From an uncultured Verrucomicrobiae bacterium (GTDB lineage: Bacteria; Verrucomicrobiota; Verrucomicrobiia; Opitutales; JABDGR01): DNA of 64,000 bases. The DNA lies in contig CAVXVB010000007.1 of assembly GCA_963765205.1 (NCBI GenBank), positions 256,001 to 320,000 of the forward strand, in the 5' to 3' direction. This document shows, piece after piece, positions 48,828 to 58,203 of this stretch. The notes under the pieces were generated by a model. It worked only from the letters and a program-made list of their open reading frames with translations, did not search any database and was not told the origin of the DNA. The number at the start of each line of letters is the position of its first letter. Positions within the stretch are counted from its first letter, which is position 1. The position numbers were made by a program, and so were the translations under genes.

Positions 48828-50848
48828 ATGAACTCCCGCGGACCATCGGCTGAACACCCGGCCGGCGCGCGCCCGCCGGAGTCTGCGCCCACCCTGCCGC
48901 GCTGGCTGAGCCTCATGCTGCGCATGGCAGACCCACTCTCCATCGCCGCCCTGTTTATTTTCCTACTGAACCAAAGCTGGTTGCGGTGGATGGATCCGCT
49001 GATTGATTTCCCCCGTTCCCTCTATGTGGCCTGGCGTCTGAGCGAAGGCGATTTGCTTTACGACCAAGTCGTGAGTTGGTATGGCCCGCTGCCCCATTTG
49101 GTCGAGGCGGCGGCCTTCCGGCTGTTCGGGGTCGGGCTGGACACGATGGTGTGGCTCAACATAGCCATCACCGTGGTCGCATTGCTCTTGTTGCGGGCGA
49201 TTTTCGGCGCGCTGGGCAACCGGCTGACGGCGTGGCTGTGCGTGGTGGTTTTTCTGTGTGTCTTCGCATTTGGCAATTACACCTTGATCGCCAATTACAA
49301 TTTCATCACACCCTATGCCTCGCAGGCCACTTATGGGTTTACCGGTTTGCTCTTAGTGATATGGGCGCTCCTGCGACACTTAAAATCCGAGCGTCCCCTT
49401 TGGCTCGGTATCGCCGGGTGGGGATTCGGCATTGCTTATCTGGATAAACCGGAGCCGATGCTCGCCTCGGCCGGCGCGTTGGGAATTTATTTCGCCGTGG
49501 GCGTGATCCGCCGGGCGCGGCAAGCGGCGCCATCCTCCGATTGGTGGGGTGCAGGCCGCTGGGCGATGCGGGTGCTGAGCTGGCTGGCTGGTGGATTTCT
49601 GTGCGCCTGGTTGCCGGTATTGCTTTTTTTTTCAGCCGGGGTGGCCTGGCCTATGCGCTGCACGCGGCGGATTATGTGCCGTTCATGATGTTAAACAGCT
49701 CCTTCCGCCGAGTGGTCGAAAATGCGCCCATCATGCTGGACATTTTCGGCTTCAACCAGCCCTGGGCGAATTTTTGGTCGGAATTGGGCGTGGGGTGTGT
49801 GCTGCTGGCGCTATGTGCGATCATGGTGGCGGCCGCGCGGGATTGGACCCGGCTGCCATTGTTGGGCGCGGGGAAGTGGGCGTTCGTGGTGGTGGTGGCG
49901 GCGGCGGCGGCCCTCGAGTGGCTCGGCTGGCGCGCCGGGGTTTTTGTGGATGCAGGCCGGGCGTTTGTTTTCCCGGTCTGCTTTGGCGCCCTGGTTTATG
50001 CCCTGGGGAGCGCATGGCGGGCATGGCGCGGCGGCGCGGATGCCACCCGTCTGCTCGGCCTTGCGGTCGTCGGAACGGCGGCGGCACTCATGCAGGCGCG
50101 CATGATCTTAAACGGCCAGTTCGGCCAGTTTGGTTTTTTCATGATGCCGCTGGCTATTCTCTTTTGGATCCAAGTCATGCTGGTCGAGGCGGCGCGGCCT
50201 GCTCCCGGCAGCCGGCGCGCGAACTGGCTGCTGCCCGCGGTGCTTACACTCCTCCTGTTGTTTGATGCCGGAGTCCTGGCCCGCTTCAACTTGCGCCGCT
50301 ACGCTTTGAAAACTTTGCTTGTTGGCGAGGGCCGCGACCAGTTTTACACCTTTGATCCCATGCGTCCGATTCTTAAAAATATGCAATTGCTGGATTCCCG
50401 CGGTTATTCCTTCGGCGGGGACTACAAACACATGATCGAGGCGTTCCAGTTGAAAACGCCGAACGCGAAAACACTCGTCGTGTTTCCCGATGGCGTCGCC
50501 ATCAATTATGCCCTGCGGGTGCGCTGCCCGCTCGCCGAGCAGGAATTCCAGCCCGTCGCCCTCGGCTTTGCCGGGCCCCAGCACGTTCTCGACGAACTGC
50601 AGGCCCACCCGCCCAACGTCGTCATGGTTTACGACCGCAATTTGGACGACTACGGCATCAAAGCTTTTGGCCAGGATGAAAACAGCGGCCGCAACATTTT
50701 GCTCTGGCTCAACGCGCAATACGAAGTCATCGGCCACGCCGCCGCCGACCCGCATTCGTTCACCGGCCATGTGATTGACATGCTGGTCCCCAATGGCACC
50801 CCCGGCCAGACGGCCATGGGCATTCCCTTGTTGCCGAATACGAAGTGA
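48828..50848 (+). CDS. GT-C-like paralog 3, frameshift in T9 at 49624-49632
   Basis: Same motifs; T10 would restore the frame. Confidence 0.72.
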
Positions 50849-50892
50849 AGGTCGACCCGTGGCGTCTCTTAATCCTAAAAACCGCCATTGAA

Positions 50893-51025
50893 ACCACGGA
50901 TTTCACGGATAGCACAGATTCCCAGGAGGATGGGGAGTTTTGACCGTTCACCCACCGGATGAACGGACTTTTACGGTGATCATTGCGTAAGTTCTTGCAT
51001 CCGTGCTATCCGTGTAATCCGTGGT
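50893..51025. repeat. CACGGAT-unit palindromic element between convergent genes
   Basis: ACCACGGATTTCACGGATAGCAC ... GTGCTATCCGTGTAATCCGTGGT. Confidence 0.85.
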
Positions 51026-51048
51026 CAATTTGGATTGCGGAAAATAAG

Positions 51049-52200
51049 TTAATGCACCGCCTTCGCCACGCTTTCGGAAATCTGCCGCGCCTTGGCGGTG
51101 GTGCGGTTTTGTTCGGTTTGCAGGCGCAGTTGCCCGCAGGCGGCGGCGATGTCGTGGCCTTTTTCCCGCCGCAGCGTCGCCGGCACGCCCGCGTGGCGCA
51201 GTATGTCCGCGAAAGCATCTTGCTTTTCCACGCTTGGACGTTTCCACGGCAGGCCTTCGACGGTGTTATAAGGGATGAGGTTGACGTGCGCGTGGAGGTC
51301 GCGGCCGATTTGCGCCAGGGCGTGCGCCTGCGCGGGCGAGTCGTTTACGTCCGCGATGAGGATGAATTCGAGTGTGACCATGCGCCCGTGCTTTTCCGCG
51401 AAGCCGCGCACCGCCGGCAGCAACTCCGCCAGCGGGTATTTGCGGTTGATCGGCATGATTTGCGAGCGAACCTCGTCCGTCGCCCCATGCAGGCTGACGG
51501 CGAGGCGGAAACCCAGCGGTTCGCCCGCCAGGCGCGTGATTTCCGGCGCGAGGCCCGAGGTCGAGATTGTCACCCGCCGCGCCCCAAAGCGCAGCCCCCA
51601 CTCCGCGTTCAGGATGCCCAGCGCGCGCAGCAGGTTGTCGTAATTGGCCAGCGGCTCGCCCATGCCCATGACGACGATGTTGTCGAACGACGCCAGTTCC
51701 GCGTGCGCCCGCGGCGTGCGGGCGTCCTCCTGCTGGCAGACGGCCAACAGTTGGGCGACGATTTCACCCGCCGACAAATCGCGCTTCCAGCCGGCGAGGC
51801 CCGAGGCGCAAAACCGGCAGCCATAGGCGCAGCCCACCTGGGTCGAGATGCAAATGGTTTTGCGCGAGCGGTCTGCCCCCACCCCTTCCATCGGCGCGCG
51901 GATGACGACGGTTTCGATGAGTGCGCCGTCCCGCAATTCGAGCAGCAGCTTGTCCGTCACGTCGGAGGAAGTTTTGGTGAGGACGAGTTTGGCCGGCTCG
52001 CACTCGAAGGTTTCCGCCAGCCAGGCGCGCAGGGGCGCGGCGAGGTTGGTCATCCGGGCTGGCTCGCGCACGCGCTTTTTGTAAACCCATTCGAGGATTT
52101 GCTTCGCGCGGAAGGCCGGCTCGCCGCGCGCAGCCAGCCGCTCGGTCAGCGACGCGAGCGTCTCGCCGAAGAGGATGGGTTTGGGCGCAAGGGGCGTCAT
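51049..52200 (-). CDS. rlmN: Radical SAM RNA methyltransferase RlmN
   Basis: CISTQVGCAYGCRFCASG, MGMGEP, DIAAACGQL. Confidence 0.96.
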   Translation of the reverse strand: MTPLAPKPILFGETLASLTERLAARGEPAFRAKQILEWVYKKRVREPARMTNLAAPLRAWLAETFECEPAKLVLTKTSSDVTDKLLLELRDGALIETVVIRAPMEGVGADRSRKTICISTQVGCAYGCRFCASGLAGWKRDLSAGEIVAQLLAVCQQEDARTPRAHAELASFDNIVVMGMGEPLANYDNLLRALGILNAEWGLRFGARRVTISTSGLAPEITRLAGEPLGFRLAVSLHGATDEVRSQIMPINRKYPLAELLPAVRGFAEKHGRMVTLEFILIADVNDSPAQAHALAQIGRDLHAHVNLIPYNTVEGLPWKRPSVEKQDAFADILRHAGVPATLRREKGHDIAAACGQLRLQTEQNRTTAKARQISESVAKAVH

Positions 52201-52391
52201 GTCAGTCAACCCCCGGAGATAATAAGTGACGGCGGGAAAGGCGATGCAATTTGGCCGCAAACCCCCTGCGCCAATCCCGCTCAAACGGTTGGACAATAGG
52301 TAATGGGGTTTCGACGGGTCAATTTATTGGGTAAAATACCCCAGTAAATATCTTGCCTTGCGCTGCGGAGACGGACAAAACGGGAGCCTTC

Positions 52392-54557
52392 ATGTCCATT
52401 CGCCGCCTTTTTGAATTCCTTCTGCGTCGACGGGTTTTAATCCAGACGGCGTTTGTGGTCATTGTCACGGCCGTCTATATCTGGATGATCCAGGATCAGA
52501 GCACCTGGGTGAAGGTTTTTGAAAATTACATGCTGCAATGGCGCTGGGACATCGGCCCCCCCCGGGAAGCGCCCAAGGACATCGTCATCATCGGGGTCTA
52601 CGACACCACGTTTAACGTCCTCAAGCAGGAGACGGGCACTTTGGCGCGCGCCAAACTGCCGGAATTGAGATACCTGACGGACAGTTGGCCGTGGGACCGC
52701 CAACTGTGGGGCGATCTGGCCGAGCGGTTTCTAGGCGCCGGCGCGAAATTCGTCGCCTACGACTTGGTGTTCAATGGCCATACGGATGGCGATGACGCGT
52801 GTGGTAGGATTTTTGAAACATACTCCGACCCGGTGGATCCCTCCAATACTTCAATCGTTATCGCATCGCAATTGGGCGGTTCGGCCCCCGGCAGCCAGCA
52901 GATGATTATCGAGCCGGAACCCGCGCTGACCAAATACGCCGGGGGGGAGGACATCGTCGGCGTGGTCCGATTGAATGAGGACGACGGCTTGGTGCGCAAC
53001 ATTCAGAACCATTGGGACTTGAAGGGGGTCGAAATCATGGAGCGGATGCGCAACCCGGGTGTGGATGTGCCGCCCCACAGCGAGTTTTCGCTGGCCTGGA
53101 TGGCGGCCAAAAGAGTGTTGCACCAACCACCGCAACGCGACCCCGACTCGCCCATGCTCATCAATTATTATCCTCCGATTGACCCCAAGGCCGGGGTCCC
53201 CCCCACGATCACGACCCTGCGCCTCGAGGACGTGCTGCGCGATTGGGACACGATTTACGACAATGGGGCGTATTTTAAAAACAAAGTGGTGTTTTTCGGC
53301 CCGATTGGGGAAGCGCACTTTTCCGACCAATACAACACGATGGCCGGCTATATGCCCGGAGTGGAAATCCAGGCCACGGCTTTCGCCAACCTGGTCAACG
53401 AGGAGTGGCTGGTGCCCGCGCCCGATTGGGTGGTGCTGGTCTTGGCCATCGGGCTGGGCGCGCTGGCGCTGATGGTCTCGCTGTATGTGCACTCGGTGAT
53501 GGTCAAAATGAGCCTCTTTATGAGTCTGGGGGCGTTTTTCCTGATCGCCTCGCAGCATTTGTTTTGGTCGAACTTGTTTGTGGCGCCGGTGGCGGGCGCG
53601 GCCCTCATCCTCATCAGCACGGGCGTGTTTGGCACGCTATATGATTACATCCTCGGACAATATGAGCGCCAGCGCATGTTGGGCATGTTTGAGAGCATGG
53701 TCTCGCCGGGCGTCGCGGGTTTGCTCCTCAGCCACCGCGGCGATTTCGAGAAACGCCTCGGCGGGCAGCGCCAGGAAGTGGTCATCCTCTTTGGCGATAT
53801 CCGCAACTTCACCAGTTGGAGCGAGAAGGTCGGCCCCGAGGCGCTCGTCGCCCAGTTGAACGAGCACCTTTCCTCCATGGTAAACATTGTGCAGGAGGAA
53901 GGCGGCACGGTGCAAAAATACATTGGCGACGCCCTCATGATTGCCTGGGGCGACGTGCGCGCGCAACCCCCGGCGGACGGCGCCGAGCACGCCGTGCGCT
54001 CCGCCCTGCGCATGCAAGCCGCACTCAAGGCCTTGAATGCGGGCTGGCAGGACCAACCCGGCCGCCAGCAATTGACCCTCGGCATCGGCATCAACCACGG
54101 TTGGAGCGTGGTCGGGCGCATCGGGCACCCGCGGCGGCAGGAATTCACCGTCATGGGCGACGCGGTCAATCTGGCCGCCCGGCTGGAAAGCGCCACGAAA
54201 CAATACCGCCAGCCCATCTTGGTCGGCGAATCCATTTATGAAATGACGAAGGAACTTTTTATTTACCGGCAGGTGGACAAAATGATGGTGAAGGGCCAGT
54301 CTCTCGCGGTGCGGGTGTATGCGCCGCTGGGTGAAGCGGGCGCCGCGACCCCGCCGGGCCTGGCCGCGTATGAATCCGCCGTGGCCAAATACTACACGCG
54401 CGATTTCGCCGGCGCCGCGGAATTATTCCGCTCGGCCAACGCGCAGATGGGCGGGGCCGATTTCCTTTGCGGAAATTATCTCGAACGCTGCGCCTATTAC
54501 CAGCAGTCGCCTCCGCCGATGGATTGGGATGGCGGCTGGGTGTTGAAAGAAAAATAG
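52392..54557 (+). CDS. CHASE2-domain class III adenylate cyclase
   Basis: WPWDR, PGVEIQA CHASE2 motifs, 3 TMs, FGDIRNFT, KYIGDA, FTVMGDAVNLAARLE. Confidence 0.93.
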   Translation: MSIRRLFEFLLRRRVLIQTAFVVIVTAVYIWMIQDQSTWVKVFENYMLQWRWDIGPPREAPKDIVIIGVYDTTFNVLKQETGTLARAKLPELRYLTDSWPWDRQLWGDLAERFLGAGAKFVAYDLVFNGHTDGDDACGRIFETYSDPVDPSNTSIVIASQLGGSAPGSQQMIIEPEPALTKYAGGEDIVGVVRLNEDDGLVRNIQNHWDLKGVEIMERMRNPGVDVPPHSEFSLAWMAAKRVLHQPPQRDPDSPMLINYYPPIDPKAGVPPTITTLRLEDVLRDWDTIYDNGAYFKNKVVFFGPIGEAHFSDQYNTMAGYMPGVEIQATAFANLVNEEWLVPAPDWVVLVLAIGLGALALMVSLYVHSVMVKMSLFMSLGAFFLIASQHLFWSNLFVAPVAGAALILISTGVFGTLYDYILGQYERQRMLGMFESMVSPGVAGLLLSHRGDFEKRLGGQRQEVVILFGDIRNFTSWSEKVGPEALVAQLNEHLSSMVNIVQEEGGTVQKYIGDALMIAWGDVRAQPPADGAEHAVRSALRMQAALKALNAGWQDQPGRQQLTLGIGINHGWSVVGRIGHPRRQEFTVMGDAVNLAARLESATKQYRQPILVGESIYEMTKELFIYRQVDKMMVKGQSLAVRVYAPLGEAGAATPPGLAAYESAVAKYYTRDFAGAAELFRSANAQMGGADFLCGNYLERCAYYQQSPPPMDWDGGWVLKEK

Positions 54558-54641
54558 ACGACCACTTGTGAAATTTGACCGAACCAAATCCGCCTTCTCA
54601 ATATTACATTATTGCAACATTTTTTCCTGGAGATAATATAC

Positions 54642-55346
54642 ATGAGTGGAATGCCATTATTGACCGCCTCTGCAGCGCTCAAGCCCAACGCTGGGATGAC
54701 TTGGCGGCTGGTTTGGCTGGCGGCATGGGTGTTGTTGGCGCAGCCCAGGCTGGCGCTGGCCGCCCCGGGTGTTGCCGCCGCGAGCGCGGCCGCCTCCGGC
54801 ACCGGCACGGCAAACGCCACCGCCCCGGCGGTCCAAGCTGCCGCCTCCATGGCAGGGACAGACAAAGTCTGGCCCGCCGAAAAACTGCCTCCCGATGCCG
54901 TCACCGGCATCATTTACGATACAGTCAATAACCCAAACTTTTCCCTGGAATATCCCGATACATGGCAACCGGACAAAGGGGCCAAGGATTTTGACCCGAA
55001 CACCAATTTCACGCTGGTCAGCCCGAAAAACAGCTACGTTCAGATCACTATCTCGCCCAAAACGAGCGATCCCGCCAAAATCGTCAGTGAAACGGTAAAA
55101 AAGCTGGATGGCCCGGCCATCACCACCCTGACCCGGACCAAAATTGATGAATGGGGCAGCCACACAGGCCAAGGCTTGCACCTGAAGGGGAAAATCGTTG
55201 GCAGCTTTCCCGGCGGCATCAAAATCTTTGCTTTCTCCAGCGCGCATTTCAACGTCCTTATTATTGAATATTATTTCTCGGATGAATTGAAGGACGTGCA
55301 GGACGACTTCGAATACATCAGCAAAAATTTCAAGATGAACAACTAA
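54642..55346 (+). CDS. Exported protein, PsbP/DcrB-like fold possible; start uncertain
   Basis: Signal peptide, Ala-rich linker, FSLEYPDTW. Confidence 0.65.
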   Translation: MSGMPLLTASAALKPNAGMTWRLVWLAAWVLLAQPRLALAAPGVAAASAAASGTGTANATAPAVQAAASMAGTDKVWPAEKLPPDAVTGIIYDTVNNPNFSLEYPDTWQPDKGAKDFDPNTNFTLVSPKNSYVQITISPKTSDPAKIVSETVKKLDGPAITTLTRTKIDEWGSHTGQGLHLKGKIVGSFPGGIKIFAFSSAHFNVLIIEYYFSDELKDVQDDFEYISKNFKMNN

Positions 55347-55386
55347 GGCGGAGGGGTGCCCCCCGCGGGAGGGTGCGCATGAGCGC

Positions 55387-55707
55387 TCAAAGCTCAATCA
55401 CGGTCAAACTGCGCTTTACTGGTCGCTGTGCTGCCTGGAGAATCGCCGGAACGAGTGGCTCCCGGTTGCGGATGGAATTGCTGCGTGCGCGGAGCAAAAA
55501 GACGCCGATCTCGTATTTGCCGAGGTTCTGCTGGTATGGGATGCCCTGGTCCAGCGTCAGGAAAATATCAAACTCCGTCTGGGCGCGGGTCAAAAGCTTG
55601 CCGTTCTGCAAGCCCGCCCAACCCATGTGTTTAACAGTGCGGCCCTCGTGGCCCGTCAAAAGCGGTGCCAATTCCTTGGGCAAATTCTCATCAAGAAGAA
55701 TGCGCAA
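55387..55707 (-). CDS. DUF5615 PIN-like toxin (copy 1)
   Basis: MRILLDENLP, GWAGLQNG.LL, FLTLD. Confidence 0.87.
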   Translation of the reverse strand: MRILLDENLPKELAPLLTGHEGRTVKHMGWAGLQNGKLLTRAQTEFDIFLTLDQGIPYQQNLGKYEIGVFLLRARSNSIRNREPLVPAILQAAQRPVKRSLTVIEL

Positions 55708-55915
55708 GGGCGGCCTCCTCCGTGCGATTCTTGGACTCCTCCAGCACGGCCAGGCACTGCTCGCGCTTCACCGTGGGGAAGCTCTCCAGAAACTGATCGA
55801 GCGTGTAATCTTCCTCAAGGTGGTCAAACAGGCTGCGCACCGGCACGCGCGTCCCGATGAACACGACGGCCCCTCCCAGAATCTCAGGGTCGGAGTGGTA
55901 AACGTTGTTTTTCAT
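55691..55915 (-). CDS. DUF433 antitoxin (copy 1)
   Basis: DPEILGG..VF.GTRVPV, FLESFP. Confidence 0.9.
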   Translation of the reverse strand: MKNNVYHSDPEILGGAVVFIGTRVPVRSLFDHLEEDYTLDQFLESFPTVKREQCLAVLEESKNRTEEAALAHSS

Positions 55916-56050
55916 AAAAGCATTTTCGCCGTTTCCACCCAAAAGGCAAGCCTCCGTCGTGGTGCCATAAATGGAGGCCAACGGTGAGCAATGAACTCGT
56001 GGCGGCTTAGCGCCCCGGCGCTGCCATCCTCGGTGCGGCCTGAACTAAAG

Positions 56051-56134
56051 TGCCCGGGACAGGATTTGAACCTGCACGGCCTCGCGGCCAATGGATCCTA
56101 AGTCCATCGCGTCTGCCAATTCCGCCACCCGGGC
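56051..56134 (-). tRNA. tRNA-Leu(TAG), CCA not encoded
   Basis: GCCCGGG acceptor stem, ATGGA-CTTAGGA-TCCAT anticodon arm, long variable arm, GGTTCAAATCC. Confidence 0.95.
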
Positions 56135-56289
56135 GGGCCAGGGGAAGCCGCCAGTTTGCCGGATACCGCCGCCGATTGCAAATCGCGAGTGGTGCCCTAG
56201 GCAAGCTTTTGGTCAAAGGGAAACTTCCCGCCATGCAACCGTGACAAAATCCGTCTTGGCCCGCGGGCGCGATTAGGCTTTGGTGGCCC

Positions 56290-57678
56290 ATGCGCTCCTG
56301 GTGGAACCAAGCCCGGCCCACACTTGCCCTCGCCGTCCCGATGATCATCGGGCAGTTGGGCCAGATGCTCATGCCTTTGATTGACGCCGCCATGGTCGGG
56401 CGGCTAGGCGTGACGCCGCTGGCGGCGGTGGCGTTCGGCAACCTGGTGGTGTGGATTCCCATGATTGCCGGATTTGGCATTTGCGTCGCCGTGCATGTTT
56501 TGGTCGCTTCGGCTTACGCGGCGGGCGAGCGCGAGGAAGCCGGCGAAATCCTGCGCCACGGCCTGGGTCTGGCGGTCGCCTACGGCTTTATTTGCAGCGC
56601 CGGTTTGCAAGTGGGCCTGCCTTGGCTCAACGCGGTGCCGCGGGTTGAGCCGGAGGTCATCGCCGCCGCCCAGCCGTTCATTGCTTGGATCGGCTGGTCC
56701 ATCATCCCGGTGCTTGGCTACACGGCGGTGAAAAATTATTGCGAAGCGAAAAACCGCCCATGGTTGCCGCTCATCGTGCTGACTGCGAGCGTCGCCTTGA
56801 ACGTATTTTTGAATTGGATTTTGATTTTTGGGCATTGGGGCGCGCCGGCGATGGGCGCGCCGGGCGCGGGGCTGGCCACCTTGATCGCCCGGCTGGCGGC
56901 CTGGTTGGCGCTGTTTCTGATCGTGCAGTTATCACCGGAATTGCGCGCCGAGTGGCCGCGCGGAGTGCTGGCGCGGCTGTCCCGCGAGCGTCTGCGGCGG
57001 ATGCTGGTTCTGGGCGGCCCGAGCGCCGGGCAGATTTTGTTCGAGGTGGGCGTGTTCAATCTGGCGACGTTGCTGGCGGGGATGCTGGGCAAGGTCGTGC
57101 TCGACGCGCACCAAATCGCGCTGAACATCGCGGCGGTCGCGTTCATGGTGCCGCTGGGCTTGTCCCAGGCGACGGGCATCCGCGTCAGCCAGGCCGTTGG
57201 CGCTGGCCATTTCGGGGAGGCGCGGCGCATCGGCTGGAACAGCCTCGGGCTGGCCTGCGCGTTCATGGCGGCGTGCGGGCTGGGCGTGCTGCTCGTGCGC
57301 CATCAGCTTCCCCAATTATTTTTGAAGCCGGACACCCCCGAGGCCCGCAGTGTCGTGTCGCTCGCGTCCACGCTGCTCTTGTGGGCGGCGGCGTTCGCGG
57401 TGTTCGATGGCGCCCAGATCACCAGCCTCGGCATTTTGCGCGGGCTGCACGACGTGCGCGTACCGACGGCCATTTCGTTCACGGGCTACTGGCTGGTGGC
57501 TGCGCCGTTGGCGTGCTATTGGGGCTGGGTGAAAGGGTGGGGCGGTCCGGGCGTGTGGGCGGCGCTGGCCCTCGGCGTCATGGTAGTCGCCGTGCTGCTG
57601 GTCGGGCGCTTTGCCGTGATTTCCCGCCGCGGGGAACAAAGAGAAATTCTCGCCAGCGCGCGGCCCGAAGGGATATAG
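56290..57678 (+). CDS. MATE family efflux transporter (NorM-like)
   Basis: IDAAMVGRLG, LAAV, AHQIALN, FMVPLG, LRGLHD. Confidence 0.93.
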   Translation: MRSWWNQARPTLALAVPMIIGQLGQMLMPLIDAAMVGRLGVTPLAAVAFGNLVVWIPMIAGFGICVAVHVLVASAYAAGEREEAGEILRHGLGLAVAYGFICSAGLQVGLPWLNAVPRVEPEVIAAAQPFIAWIGWSIIPVLGYTAVKNYCEAKNRPWLPLIVLTASVALNVFLNWILIFGHWGAPAMGAPGAGLATLIARLAAWLALFLIVQLSPELRAEWPRGVLARLSRERLRRMLVLGGPSAGQILFEVGVFNLATLLAGMLGKVVLDAHQIALNIAAVAFMVPLGLSQATGIRVSQAVGAGHFGEARRIGWNSLGLACAFMAACGLGVLLVRHQLPQLFLKPDTPEARSVVSLASTLLLWAAAFAVFDGAQITSLGILRGLHDVRVPTAISFTGYWLVAAPLACYWGWVKGWGGPGVWAALALGVMVVAVLLVGRFAVISRRGEQREILASARPEGI

Positions 57679-57690
57679 ACCATCCATCCC

Positions 57691-58203
57691 ATGCACAACA
57701 AAGTCATTGCCGGATTGGCCTTGGTCTTCGTGATTTTTGAGGTCGCGCAGTTGGTAATCGCCCACCGTTACATCGGCCCGGCGCAAATTCGCCGCCGGCT
57801 GCACCCCTTGGAGGCGCCGGAGACGCCGCCATGGCTGCTCAGCGTAGGCTGGATGAGCGCCCTTTGGGCGGATTACGCATTTCAAGTCGCGCTGTTTTTC
57901 ACCTCCCTGTATATCGTGCAATTGACGGCACTGTTGATGCTCGGGGTCAGCCTGACAGGATTTATCTTGCGGCGAAGCTGTGGCTTGAAGTGGGGGCTGG
58001 TGGTGATGACGTTCGAGGGCGCGCTCCGCGTGGGGTGCCTGATGGCCGCTTTTTCCCTGCTGGCACTGCCCCACTCCTGGATACACACCAATATTCCGTG
58101 GTTTAGTCAGGGCGCCGCCGTTTTCCCGGCCAACGCCTCGAGCACAATATCCGGCGTGAGCACGGCGGGCAGGACAACTGGGTCGGCGCGCCCTGGTAGG
58201 TAA
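57691..58203 (+). CDS. Hypothetical membrane protein; 3' end uncertain
   Basis: About 4 hydrophobic segments; the tail overlaps the convergent dsbD-like gene. Confidence 0.65.
   Translation: MHNKVIAGLALVFVIFEVAQLVIAHRYIGPAQIRRRLHPLEAPETPPWLLSVGWMSALWADYAFQVALFFTSLYIVQLTALLMLGVSLTGFILRRSCGLKWGLVVMTFEGALRVGCLMAAFSLLALPHSWIHTNIPWFSQGAAVFPANASSTISGVSTAGRTTGSARPGR

Noticed and set aside
55960..56134. Integrative element at tRNA-Leu or tRNA-Glu
   Set aside because: No integrase and no duplicated tRNA 3' end (att site) seen in the window
58107..58203. Functional convergent overlap between the membrane ORF and dsbD
   Set aside because: One extra T near 58103 would create a TAG just before the overlap; likely an indel or a neutral tail
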